From a virus (Duplodnaviria > Caudoviricetes): a DNA stretch of 59,835 nt. The stretch covers positions 1-59,835 of IMG/VR virus record IMGVR_UViG_3300027754_000101; one strand, 5' to 3'. The notes beneath the pieces were generated by a model. That model made no database searches and was not told the origin of the DNA. It worked only from the letters and a program-made list of their open reading frames with translations. This document shows, in pieces, positions 27,101 to 35,700 of this stretch (positions within the stretch are counted from its first letter, which is position 1; every line of letters begins with the position of its first letter). The translations under genes and the position numbers were made by a program.

Positions 27101-27566
27101 TTTTGGAAGTACAGTTTTGATATCCAGAAATAATAATAATGAAATTATTGGATTCGGAACAAATTTTGCAGATAACGTGTATCAAGTTGATTCTGTGGTT
27201 AATGTAAGTGTTGCAAATACTATGATTGGCATTGCAACAGTTGGTACTGCAACAACAACAGTAAGAAGAGTTTATGCTCGAATATCTGGAGTTGGAACAA
27301 TTAACTTTAGTTCTACCTTAATAACTTTTGATTCAACGTCTTCAGTGTTCACATTTGATAATGTTGGAAGTGTTGGAAGTGGATTTACAGGAGTTGTTAC
27401 TCCATCAAATTACTTCGGAAACTTTAGTTGGGGTAAGATACAATTATCAGCAAGAAAAGAACCAAATGAATTCAATTTTTATGGTGATCGAAGATCTGGT
27501 GGAATTACAACATCAGCAATTGTTCAAAGAACTAAACCACTCAAATTTAAGAACTATTTGATCTAA
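15120..27566 (+). CDS. gp7: Giant baseplate wedge initiator gp7-like protein (4148 aa) with a YHYH-like domain
   Basis: Lies between gp6 and gp8; FYSSKGT-x-x-SF, IQDSFYYQNFSY, and HSPIIGWAYDGNPIYGPYG...GTYAYFAT motifs. Confidence 0.8.
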   Translation: MTEKRVQFNNIVKNQLPEYVREEFPLILEFLSQYYIGQEYQGAPADLIQNIDRYIKLNENTNFNQNIKLNGNISFDDTTINIDADFGTTDDFPDSYGLFKINDEIITYKNKDKYSFLNCIRGFSGITSYKKIGNPESLLFESSISEEHNSGDNVENLSVLFLKEFLSKIKKQFLPGFDERNLVTKKVQRFPGGPSDDFSLDQNIFIKQSKDFYSSKGTDQSFKILFLALYGENVEVIKPREFLFRPSDAGYKITNNLVVESVSGNPFELENLTLRQDSYFNITKAFSPVTKVEKVNSGIGTISYYEISLDSGYDRDIAVDGAIYGKFSVHPKTKIIGEVLIGQTYIDVDSTLGFPLSGELSLTYPNGESGIINYESKTFTQFSNCSGITATISDNTSIDINTFAYAYVGIGTSNLITVKIRSVLNSLNINYDSYYHAVGEKLKIKTLGISLKDKLSNNWYFNTSPSFEVEKINSQLPGTYRIILFDSHVFRIGDSIEIKGSDGSIYKLSIKNILSDKVFDCDGQFNINLNSKFILKRNRTKAVSTKYNINTIDANVQNVYKLDNRILVSSSSIPYYSKPINTQLLSYSLNGIFPESEIFKITINSDHGLYTGDAVYYTPEKDGDTVLSSLFEEGIYYVKRINQNDIKLSRSRSNIFNEIYVRLSSDKNVVNNKLELLYFKGKSLANQKLLREISPPINDGNLYPTNPGQTGILINGVEILNYKSIDSIYYGNIENINVVAGGEEYDIINLPQLIIRDSIGIGATGYVAVKGNLKEIKIINQGFDYLETPTIKISGGNGRDATAEVILTDTLHQVSFNSEEKSALVNISNNTIGFSTYHKFRNNELLIYKTFSQKAISGLTTDSSYYVSVQNPTTIKLYKTSNDSILGINTVPLISYGKGNHTFEAYNKKKIVSKITVINPGIDYENKKRTCSPVGIITSLDLIRIVDHDYKSGELLTYSVDGSAASGISTTSQYYVTRIDKDSFKLSNIGPSSNNQSFFYETKQYVNIESVGLGTHIFNYPEITVEVIGNIGISSVSTDEFKCKVQPIFQGEITSVHLTNKGTQYGSSDIINYKREPEIEVTSGSGAVLYPIVVNGKIIEILINDGGDLYTSPPELIVDGNGSGCVLTAILTNGKITSVKVVSSGIEYLQNLTSIKVISSGSGAKFISNIKSWNVNLFKKYFDVLNDDDGVIYTNINKNYGLEYCHLYAPRELRKTSYSTDSSGIPKYLETDLQQLNGIGREIDSLNHSPIIGWAYDGNPIYGPYGYITKKGGNVARMKSGYILSLDSNRPLLPPEFFVEDFKYFPSDDETVLDENNGRFCKTPDFPNGTYAYFATFEPTLDSGGIFNGFRKPKFPYLIGKNYSSKPNSFNFNPNSNQDEYNLNDNTWLRNSYSYNFNKKNSYYEYMIFPNKLKEQISEVKTVDVGSIEGVGITSGGINYKVGDELVLDVTNIGSGGFKSKVSKISGKEINSVSVSSTSITNVEFYPIGGGGNFIGFSSSPHKLNNFDTIEISGLSTSASFVEGFYKIGVSTNNFLLSGIGTTTIGISSTGVTGIVTYISVKGSLLYPDVRENDILQIDQEKVKVLNVDVLSSRIRILREIDGTIGSAHTSNTPVYEISRKFNVNVGYRTSFLNLKNVEIYFNPLESLGLGTISGVGIGTTIKFSNPGAGLTEIFIPTKTIYIPSHNLETGDSLLYNSNGGSTIQTFTSGIGTTSISNNTIFYVAKITSDLIGISTVKVGIGTTGTIVGIASTTQNISTLHFSGIGTGFYHSFKVNYPEILTGRIDKNIVTVSTAETHGLSNKDFVTIKVNPKISKTFIVKYNDYNRRTTIGSKSFSSAGINTTTNTITIVRHKLLGGQKVIHTADFPSGGLENNKIYYINVVDRDNIRLSNTFYDSTSLKPSTINITSSSDGLLSLINPTIEAYRNSKLIFDLSDSSLSHAQETLSVSSFDFNLFVASNFNKKYEKIEDNLITIQKQGIIGVSTNAQVSVTVNENTPELLYYKLNPTNLISIPEIKKEIVTDNEVFGNNSIFVRDSFYNGDHEILVSTGSTFTYNLEAYPEEISYTSENSEINYITDSVNVSGPINSVDIISGGYNFDILPGISSIITNNGIGAILDLQSSSIGAIKSTQIKNIGFDYPTDFTMRPTFRIPKILKLEPLSSFDNIGITSSGIGYAIAPKLIVIDGKTKNRINDVDLRYNVSDSSVSILKNTKGLFQIIPTILPIQNCNGVGISSISYNSSTKDVTLTLSVGFTTVFGFPFSINDKIIVEGVSIGTGTTARGYNSENYNYELFTITNVNPNYGGLTANITYNLSQFLSEGESPGIFVSVESSGVVVPEKYFPIFNLKLKKNIFYLGEEVTTLSNDNFGKMFRFDPITEYAIIETTDDFEEGQILLGKSSGAQALITQSQGFEFDYKLDSFSKVYGGWSYDAGILNETSQRIQDSFYYQNFSYSLKSKVNYDDWNDVVSNLNHTSGFKKFSDYQLESNTLNINSLVVGSSDVDLRIDLVGVVDLNCVYNFDLVSENALNIDSNIVSDEIIFNSVILKDYNESIGNRVLLFDDISNQFNSNPRPTQYSVVHRVAASYARTQKYIIFTKDARYTDEKKLTVATFLIDNNNLTYLNQYGVEGQDDLGDFDVTVDGSDVILQFYPHKFSVNDYDTTSISYNLKDSLTSVGSSDFGCVSIATSSISVSSGSTTTIVGIAVTYTSSKILVEIGTPNGLFQYDELNLVHNGSDVNLLEFGKINNLNDDEYVGSGLGTYNAYISGSKINLDFAPNPGIAATVNLIRISIGDTSSTGIGTYQMRHVLIRGSSTSIASSTSPISNVIETYDQTYDAAYFIVQVSDVTNNRHQMSEVLVIDNETYSQTYQTEYAVVETSSGLGTIGSTCSTFTNLTFTPNPNIDVVVKVYMNAFKYDETLLPDQINFNNAIIETDFSEYFGTETDIKREFGLTYETYPVFVRDFLGNESSVVNVVDSTIKLPNHFFVTGEKLTYTYAGVGSTQAIGIAVTSVIGVGVTDKLPTTVYVVKIDDKTIKLSESAENALKLIPITFNLTNVGIGTSHTLTAHNQNNKVLISLDNNIQSPVVSTSQTTSLAKEVNSIDDIIYFTGITSFFGSDLIRIGSEILRIDGVGIGSTNAIRVKRSWLGTNYAGYSTGSLVTKVTGNYNIVGNNLNFVSAPYGNIPLSTSTNRPDERDWLGISTSSKFHGRMFMRSGELNNSNETYYRNYIFDDISDSFTGIISTFTLKSSGANVTGISTNNAIILINEIFQDPFVIGGESDNYILSESLGETNITFVGSALTIANDIGISSFPRGGMIVSVGSSSGFGYQPLISAGGTSIISIAGTVQSISIGNTGSGYRVSTNYQILSKTSSAVGIGSTIIFLQNENSIFGILNLLNTGSNCTIGVGTYVLPTSIVSIASTFIRIGVGSTNSYSIPSGTSVSVNISNPQIGIVNVGVANSSVGVATVTHIGFATIISGRISSSVSITNTGSGYTTSNPPIVIIDDPSSYSNISLRYSSSSSGFGTEAKIDVVVGQGSSIIDFEIKSTGYGYGQGQILTLPIGGLSGIPTTSGYIPFEITIEKTINDKFSGWSVGELQVLDNFDSLFNGKRRVFSLKLAGEVIAIFSGPGSNIKVEYTLLVFINSILQVPGEGYLFKGGTNIIFTEAPKEGDTSNIIFYRGTGDIDVVEREVLSTVKSGDNLTIEYSASLNQSPILLEEERLIIDIPSVNIVSTNSYYGPGNVDDPDLLRPVKWCRQVEDVFINSKIVGKSRDLYESSISPSAYLIKSVGMGDTEVFVDNIRPFFNPINEFNSLAVGLNPLLDHLSFQKSIFIISQDPKVSASATAIVSATGTISSVVITDGGVGYSTATVSFGSTVGSGTTTQAFGSVIVGVGGTITGIAITNPGVGYTSSNPPQVLISSPVVTTEISGVSSYSGDSGVIVGFGTTTQSSTDKLIFDFYIPQDSFLRNTSIVGTAITLSSISVNDYFTVYDSNVGFGSTVLISRNNNNEIIGFGTNFADNVYQVDSVVNVSVANTMIGIATVGTATTTVRRVYARISGVGTINFSSTLITFDSTSSVFTFDNVGSVGSGFTGVVTPSNYFGNFSWGKIQLSARKEPNEFNFYGDRRSGGITTSAIVQRTKPLKFKNYLI

Positions 27567-27591
27567 ATACTTATAAACTAAAATATCCATA

Positions 27592-28200
27592 ATGGCAAGA
27601 GTAGCAATAAACACAGGAGCATCTGCAAATGACGGAACAGGTACTAATTTAAGATCTGCTGGTGGGATTCTCAATAGTAATTTTTTAGAACTTTATACTT
27701 ATTTGGGAGCAGGAAGTACAACAGTTCTCTCTGCTCCACTATGGAGTTCCACAAATGCAGGGATTAACACACTCAGAAATGTTGGAATAGGAACCACAAA
27801 TCCAACAGAAAAACTTACAGTTGTTGGAGTAACATCATCAACATCATTTTATGGAGATTCATCATATACTGCAAGTGGTAGATGGACATTAGGTGCCAAT
27901 GGATCTGCTGATTATACTTTCACTGGAATTGGATTTACTCAGACAACTAATGATCCGGTTCTTTATCTTGCAAGAGGTAGAGTTTATGAGTTTGTAAATA
28001 ACTCTGGTGGTAGCCATCCATTTCAAATACGTTTAAGTAATGGTGGTGCTGCGTATAGTGATGGTGTCACTAATAATGGTGGTGCAAGTGGTGTTATAAG
28101 ATTTGAAATTCCATTTAGTGCTCCAAATACTTTATATTATCAATGTACTTCTCATTCTGGAATGGGAAACACAATAAGTGTTTATCCAAATACAATCTAA
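27592..28200 (+). CDS. Baseplate/fibre-associated protein with a cupredoxin-like C-terminus
   Basis: gp9/gp10-like N-terminus (ANDGTGTNLR), VGIGTTNP, and HPF...LYYQCTSHSGMG. Confidence 0.65.
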   Translation: MARVAINTGASANDGTGTNLRSAGGILNSNFLELYTYLGAGSTTVLSAPLWSSTNAGINTLRNVGIGTTNPTEKLTVVGVTSSTSFYGDSSYTASGRWTLGANGSADYTFTGIGFTQTTNDPVLYLARGRVYEFVNNSGGSHPFQIRLSNGGAAYSDGVTNNGGASGVIRFEIPFSAPNTLYYQCTSHSGMGNTISVYPNTI

Positions 28201-28233
28201 AATACCTAATAAATAATAAAAAAAGACTATAAA

Positions 28234-29790
28234 ATGGCAGCAATCATAACTGATCAAATTAGAATATTAAATGCAAAGAATTTTGTTGCGGGTGTAACAA
28301 CATCTACAAATACATATTATTCTTTTGTTGGGTTAACTAATCCAACAAATATACAATCTGATTGGGATTCAAACCCCCCAAGTCCTTCTGATAATTTTGA
28401 TGAGGAAAATAATTATTGGGACACAATGATTGCATTAAAAAAAATAGATAAAAGTGATATTGCATTAGTTGTACCCAAACGTTTTTGGGTATCTGGAACA
28501 ACTTATGATATGTATCGTCATGATTATAGTATTTCAAAGCAAGCAAGGTCAGGGTCCACTAATTTATATTCTTCTAGGTATTTTTTAGTTAACAGCGATT
28601 ATCGAGTTTACATTTGTTTACAAAATGGCACAACTCCAGAAACTCCAAATGGACAACCTTCATTAGATGAACCAGTATTTACAGATTTGGAACCAAAATC
28701 TGCAGGAACTACTGGAGATGGGTATATTTGGAAATACTTATATACTATAAAACCATCTGAGATATCAAAGTTCGAATCTGTTGATTTTATTTCTGTACCA
28801 TCAAATTGGGAAACATCTGTTGAAAATGCTGCAATACGAGATAATGCTATTGATGGATCAATCAAAATAGTTACTATTCTCGACAGAGGTGTTGGTGTTG
28901 GAGTAGCTAACGGAACTTACACAAGAGTTCCAATTAAAGGTGACGGCATTGGGGCAGAGTGTACTATATCTATTGATAATGATCAAAAAGTTGAGTCTAT
29001 TACGGTATCAAATCAAGGGTCTGAATACACTTATGGAAATGTTGATTTAGCAGCAGGAAATATTCCAGTAACATCTACTAATCCAATATTTAATGTAATT
29101 ATTCCTCCAGATGGTGGTCATGGTGCAAATATTTACAGAGAACTTGGTGTAAAAAATGTTCTTCTATATTCAAGAATTGAAAATGATGTTGAAAATCCAG
29201 ATTTTATTACTGGAAATCAAATTTCTAGAATTGGCATAGTAGAAAATCCAAAAGCATATGAATCTATACAGAATTTAAGTTTAAGTAAAGCAAGCGCTGT
29301 TTATGCAATAAAATTAACAGGTAATGCAGCAACATCAGCTACATTTCAGATAAATACCACTATTACACAAACAATAGGGTCAGGAATAACAGCGGCTGGT
29401 AAAGTAATAAGTTATGATCAAACCACTACAGTTTTAAAATATTGGCAAGATAGGACTCTTGCTGGATTTACAACAACTCCAGGAGCAGGAATAGGAATAA
29501 CAAATCCTATCTATGGATATGAGTTAAACAAATTTTTAAGTTCTCCTTTAAGTGGTGGAAGTTTAATAATCAATGGCGGATCAGTTCCACTTGGTATCGA
29601 CACCTCATTTACTGGTATATCTACTGTAATAAATAATAGAACATACTATCTTGGACAGTCATTTACTAATGGTTTGTCTAATCCAGAGGTTAAAAAGCAC
29701 ACTGGAAACATAATTTATGTTGATAATCGCCCATCAATTACAAGGTCAACCAATCAAAAGGAAGACATCAAAGTAATATTGCAATTTTAA
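28234..29790 (+). CDS. gp8: Baseplate wedge subunit gp8
   Basis: YRVYICLQN, DGYIWKYLYTI, IIYVDNRPSITRS-x-NQKEDIKVILQF. Confidence 0.92.
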   Translation: MAAIITDQIRILNAKNFVAGVTTSTNTYYSFVGLTNPTNIQSDWDSNPPSPSDNFDEENNYWDTMIALKKIDKSDIALVVPKRFWVSGTTYDMYRHDYSISKQARSGSTNLYSSRYFLVNSDYRVYICLQNGTTPETPNGQPSLDEPVFTDLEPKSAGTTGDGYIWKYLYTIKPSEISKFESVDFISVPSNWETSVENAAIRDNAIDGSIKIVTILDRGVGVGVANGTYTRVPIKGDGIGAECTISIDNDQKVESITVSNQGSEYTYGNVDLAAGNIPVTSTNPIFNVIIPPDGGHGANIYRELGVKNVLLYSRIENDVENPDFITGNQISRIGIVENPKAYESIQNLSLSKASAVYAIKLTGNAATSATFQINTTITQTIGSGITAAGKVISYDQTTTVLKYWQDRTLAGFTTTPGAGIGITNPIYGYELNKFLSSPLSGGSLIINGGSVPLGIDTSFTGISTVINNRTYYLGQSFTNGLSNPEVKKHTGNIIYVDNRPSITRSTNQKEDIKVILQF

Positions 29791-29796
29791 AAAAAA

Positions 29797-32700
29797 ATGT
29801 CACAGGTTACTAATCTCAACGTTTCTCCATACTTCGATGATTACAATTCCCCAGAGGTGGGAGCAAAAGATAAAGATTATTATCAGGTTCTCTTCAAACC
29901 TGGATATCCTGTACAAGCAAGAGAATTAACTACTTTACAGTCAATATTACAAAATCAAATAGAAAAATTTGGACAACACTTTTTTAAAGAAGGTGCAAAA
30001 GTTATTCCAGGAAATACTGGATATAATGTTTTTTATTACGCAGTTCAACTTCAAAATACTTACATTGGAGTACCAATAGATGTTTATGTAAATTCATTAA
30101 TTGGGAAAAAAATTACAGGATTAACTTCGGGTGTTTCGGCAGTTGTTGATAGAATTTTATTGTCAAAAGATTCTGAAAAAAGAAATACAACTCTTTATAT
30201 TCAATATTTAAATTCAAATCCAGATAATAATACTTTAGAAGATTTTTCTAGCGGAGAATTATTAATTTGTTCTGAAAATATTAATACAGAGCAGTTGGGT
30301 ACAACAATAATTCCAGCAGGAGAACCTTTTGCGTCTACTATACAAACAAATCCAAATTCTGTTGGATCTGCATTTTCAATAACAAATGGCGTTTATTTCA
30401 TTCGTGGAAGATTTATAAATGTAGATTCTGAGGTTTTATTATTAGATCAATATTCAAATATTCCAAGTTATAGAGTTGGATTAATAATTACAGAAAAAAT
30501 TGTAAATTCTGATATAGATGAAAGTTTAAATGACAATTCAAGAGGATTTAATAATTATTCTGCTCCAGGTTCTGATAGATTAAAAATAACTCTTAGATTA
30601 GGTAAAAAATCTTTAGATAACTTTGATGATAATGATTTTGTGGAATTGGCCACAGTTCAAAATGGAATTTTGAGATCTAAAAAAACTAATACTGAATACA
30701 ATTTAATAGCAGATGAATTTGCTAGAAGAACTTTTTCAGAATCTGGTGACTATACTATAAAACCATTTGATATTTCAATTAAAGAATCACTTAACAATAG
30801 AGAAGGAAATGGTGGAATATTTTTTGAAGATCGTTTAACTAATGGTGGTTCAGTTCCAAATAAAGATTTGGCATTATATCAAATATCTCCTGGAAAAGCA
30901 TTCGTTCGCGGATACGAAGTAGAAATTATAAGTTCAAATTTTTTAGATATTCCAAAACCAAGAACATCAACAACTGTAGACAATCAAGCAATTAGTTTTA
31001 ATACTGGATCCACTTTTACATTAAACAGAGTATATGGTACACCTTTAACTGGTATTGGAAATACTTATGTCTTAAGTTTAAGAGATGAAAGAGTTGGAAC
31101 TTTCAGCACAATTGCATCAGGAAAAGAAATTGGTGTTGCCAGAGTTTATGATTTTTATTTAGAATCTGGTTCATATGATGTTGCCAATTCCAATTTAAAT
31201 CGTTGGAGTATTTCTTTATATGATATACAAACAGTATCAGAAATAACACTAAATCAACCAATTACTTTAAGTGTTCCTACATTTATTAAAGGCAAGAGAA
31301 GTGGTGCCACTGCATTTTTAAAGGATGCCATAGATAATAAATCAACGTTCTCTATTTATCAACAAAATGGAAACTTTGTTTCTAATGAATCATTTATAAT
31401 AAATGGAATTGATAATACAAGAGTTTCAATAGCAGTAACTTCTTATGGAATTTCTGATGTCAAATCAGTTTATGGAATAGTTGGATCAGCAAAAACTTTC
31501 ACATCTGATATTTTACAATCAAATTTATTTCAAGTTGGGTCTGCAAATATTTCACCAATTCATTCTGGAATTAGCACAGTTACAACTACAAATGTTAATT
31601 TTCCCAATAATGATTTAAAGATAAATTCTTTAGTTCAATATAGTGATCCTAACCACCTAGATCCGATATTTGCAAAAATAGTTGGAATTAGCACAAGTAG
31701 TGTAACTATTGTTGGTGTGGCAACAGTTACTGGTATATGTACAGGAAAATTACCAACCAACAATCTTTCTGTATCCGATTTTAAAGTTTTAACAACAAGA
31801 TTAAATTTTTCATCCGATAATACCTTTTTTACTAGGTTATCAAAATCAAATGTGTCAAATGTCGATTTAAAAAATTCTACATTAACTATCAGAAAAACTT
31901 ATAGTAATGTTGATATTCAGAATGGAAAACTATCGTCAACAGTATCTGCTGGGATTAATGAAACTTTTTTACCATTTGATGAGGAAAGATATACATTAGT
32001 ACGATCAGATGGTTCTTATGAAATTTTAACTTCAGATAAATTTGAGTTTACTTTAGGATCGCAATCTTTAATGATCTATGGATTAGGATCAAATGATGTT
32101 GGATGTACTCTCCATACAACATTGAGAAAAATTTCACCAACAAATAAAATTAAAATTAAAAAAAGAATTAATACTTTAATTGTAGATAAATCATCTAAAC
32201 CATCATCCGGAATCGGATCTACAACTTTAAATGATGGATTAATCTATGGCAATTATCCATATGGCACTAGAATTCAAGATGAATTAATCTCTTTAAATGT
32301 TCCTGATGTAATTAAAATTTTTGGTATTTTTGAATCTATTGATAATAATACACCATCAGCTCCAAAAATGACTCTTAGTTCTATTATTAGTCCAACATCA
32401 AAAACTTCAGATTTAATTATAGGTGAAAAAATTATAGGAAGAAATTCTGGTGCGGTAGGGTTGATTGCTGAAAGATTAACAGATTCTCAAATAACATTTA
32501 TTCCAATTTCCAGTTCAAACTTTTCGGAAGGAGAAGTGATTAAATGTCAAGAATCTAATATAGATGCAATTATCACTTCTTTGTCTAGTTCTAGTTTAGA
32601 TATTTCATCTAAATTTACATTTTCATCGGGACAAAATAATTATTTTTATGACATTGGAACTTTATCGAGAAAATCAAAAATATCTGCTCCATTAAGAAAA

Positions 32701-35700
32701 ATTAAAGTTTATTTTCTCAATGGTTATTATGATTCTTCTGATAATGGAGATATCACAACCATAAATTCTTATAATAGTTTTGATTATTCTACAGAAGTAC
32801 AAAGAGTGAGTGGTTTAAGAAATACAGACATTATCGATATAAGACCAGCAGTTTCAAATTATAGTGTTTTAGAAAATTCTAGATCTCCATTTGAATTTTA
32901 TGGCAGAACATTTAATTCTTCTGGAAGTTCTGCAACAAATATTTTAGCATCAGACGAACCTATATCAATATCATTTTCACATTATCTTGGTAGAACTGAT
33001 AGAATTTTTGTGTCATCAGATGGAAAACTTCAAGTTTCATATGGTGTACCATCAGAAAAATTTGAACCTCCAATTTCAATAGAGGGTGCTCTTGAGATTG
33101 GTTCAATAAAACTTCCACCTTATCTTTACAATGTAGGAGATGCTTCTATTAAATTTTTGGAAAATAAAGGTTATACAATGTCTGATATCAGAAGACTTGA
33201 AAATAGAATTAAAAATTTAGAATACTATACATCATTATCATTATTGGAAACAAATACTGCAAATCTTTTTATTCCAGACTCGAATGGTTTAAATAAATTT
33301 AAGTCAGGATTTTTTGTAGATAATTTTAAAACACTATTTTCTCAAGAAGAATCATTTGAAATTAAGAATAGTATAGATGTTAAAAATAGTGAAATAAGAC
33401 CTAGACACTACACCACATCTTTGGATTTAATTACTGGACCGGTTGTTAATGCAGATTCAAATAGAGATTTAGCATTTATTCAACCAGAGGGAATTAATAT
33501 TAAAAAAACAGGAGATATTATTACTTTAAATTATACTGAAGTAGAATGGTTAAAACAAACTTTTGCAACTAGAACAGAAAGTATTACCCCATATATTATT
33601 AGTTTCTGGCAAGCAACATTAGAATTGACTCCACCATCAGATACTTGGGTAGATACAGTTCTCTTACAACCAAAAATTATTAATCAGGAAGGTAACTATG
33701 CAGAAACTGTTGCAACTGCTGTTATAAATCTTGGATTTAATCCAAATACTGGATTTGCTCCTGTTGCATGGAATTCCTGGGAAACGAATTGGATTGGAGA
33801 AGAAAAAATTACCAACACTACACAAAGAAATGAAGCATCTCGTAGGCATATAGGTAGTAGTGAAACTTGGCGTGATGGTGGTGGGTGGACATGGAGGAAT
33901 GATACTTTTCAAACTACAGTAACTACTACTGAGGATACAACACAAGAAACTATAACGACTGGACAAGAATCTAGAGGTGGATCTCAAACTTTTATTTCTG
34001 AGCAATTTGATGTTACTGCTCAAGGAGAAAAACTTTTAAGTAGAGATTTAGTTGCTTTTATGAGATCTAGAAATGTACAACTAGTTTGCAAAAGATTAAA
34101 ACCACTTACAAGATTGTATGCATTTTTTGATAACATTGAAGTTACTCAATATTGTGTTCCAAAACTTTTAAATATAAGTATGAAGTCTGGCGTTTTTATA
34201 GTTGGAGAAACTGTTATAGGAACATTAGATACATCTGGAGTAAACAGAAGTACTCCTGGAACAACACCAAGAATTACCTTTAGAGTAGCATCATCAAAAC
34301 ATAAAGAAGGCCCATATAATGCTCCAACTTCACAATTTACACAAAATCCATATTCATCAAGAGTTATACCACCATCTTATTCATCAACTTCAGAAATACT
34401 TAACATAGATACATTTTCATTATCAGACAAAGTTCAAGGAGAGTATGGTGGTTGGGTATCATCTGGAATGATATTTGTTGGACAAACTAGTGGAGCTGTT
34501 GCAACATTAAATGATTTTAAATTGATATCGAGTATTTCTTCAGATTGGATAGGAAGTTTTTTCATACCAGACCCAAATGTTTCAACAAACCCAAGATTTG
34601 AAACTGGAACTAAAGTATTAACATTAATTAATAATGAAAGAAATGATCAAAATAAAGCAACAACAATTGGAGAAGAGTCTTATTCCTCAAGTGGTATTTT
34701 AGAAACTTTTCAAGAAGATATCATATCTGTTAGAAATGCAAGAATAGAAAACAAACAATTATTTGAACAAAGAGCAATATTCAGTACAACAGGACCTCAA
34801 CTTATAAAATCAATAATTACTGGACAGACAACTAGATCGGAGTCTCAAGATGTTTTTGTTGATCCTTTAGCACAATCATTTTTAGTTGAAGAACCTAATG
34901 GTATTTTTATTACAAGTTGTGAAGTTTATTTTCAATCTAAGGATGATGCAGAGATTCCATGCATATTCCAACTAAGAACTATGCAAACAGGAGTTCCAAC
35001 TCAAAAAATATTACCATTTTCTGAAGTAGTTTTAAGTCCAGATGAAGTGAATGTATCTAATGATGGATCTGTTCCAACTAAATTTACCTTTAAATCTCCG
35101 GTATATTTGGAAGGTGGTGGAACATCATATGCGATGTGCTTGTTATCACTTTCTACTAAATATCAAGTTTATATTTCTAGAGTTGGTGAAGAAGACATTC
35201 AAACTCAAACATTTATATCAAACCAGCCGTATTTGGGGTCGCTTTTTAAATCTCAAAATGGATCAACATGGGATGCAAGTCAGTGGGAAGATTTAAAGTT
35301 TAACTTGTATAGAGCTGAATTTGCAACTAAAGGTAATGTTCAATTTTATAACCCCATTCTTTCTGAAGGAAATAGTCAGGTTGCAAATCTTTTATCTGAT
35401 CCTTTAAGTCTAAATTCTAGAGAAATTAGAATAGGTCTATCAACTTCAATCACAGATTCTGGACTGAAATTGGGAAATACAATTGTACAGCAGGGTACAA
35501 ATGCAACCGGGAATTATGTTGGTAGTGCTGGATCCGCTACAGGTTCTCTTACAATAACTAACTCTGGTATTGGATATACTCCATCTTCTGGAGGAAAAAC
35601 TTTTAATGGTATAAATTTGGTTACAATTAGTGGTAGCGGAAGAAATGCAACAGCAAATATAACAATAAGTAACGGAGTTTCTGTAGCTGCCACAATTAGT

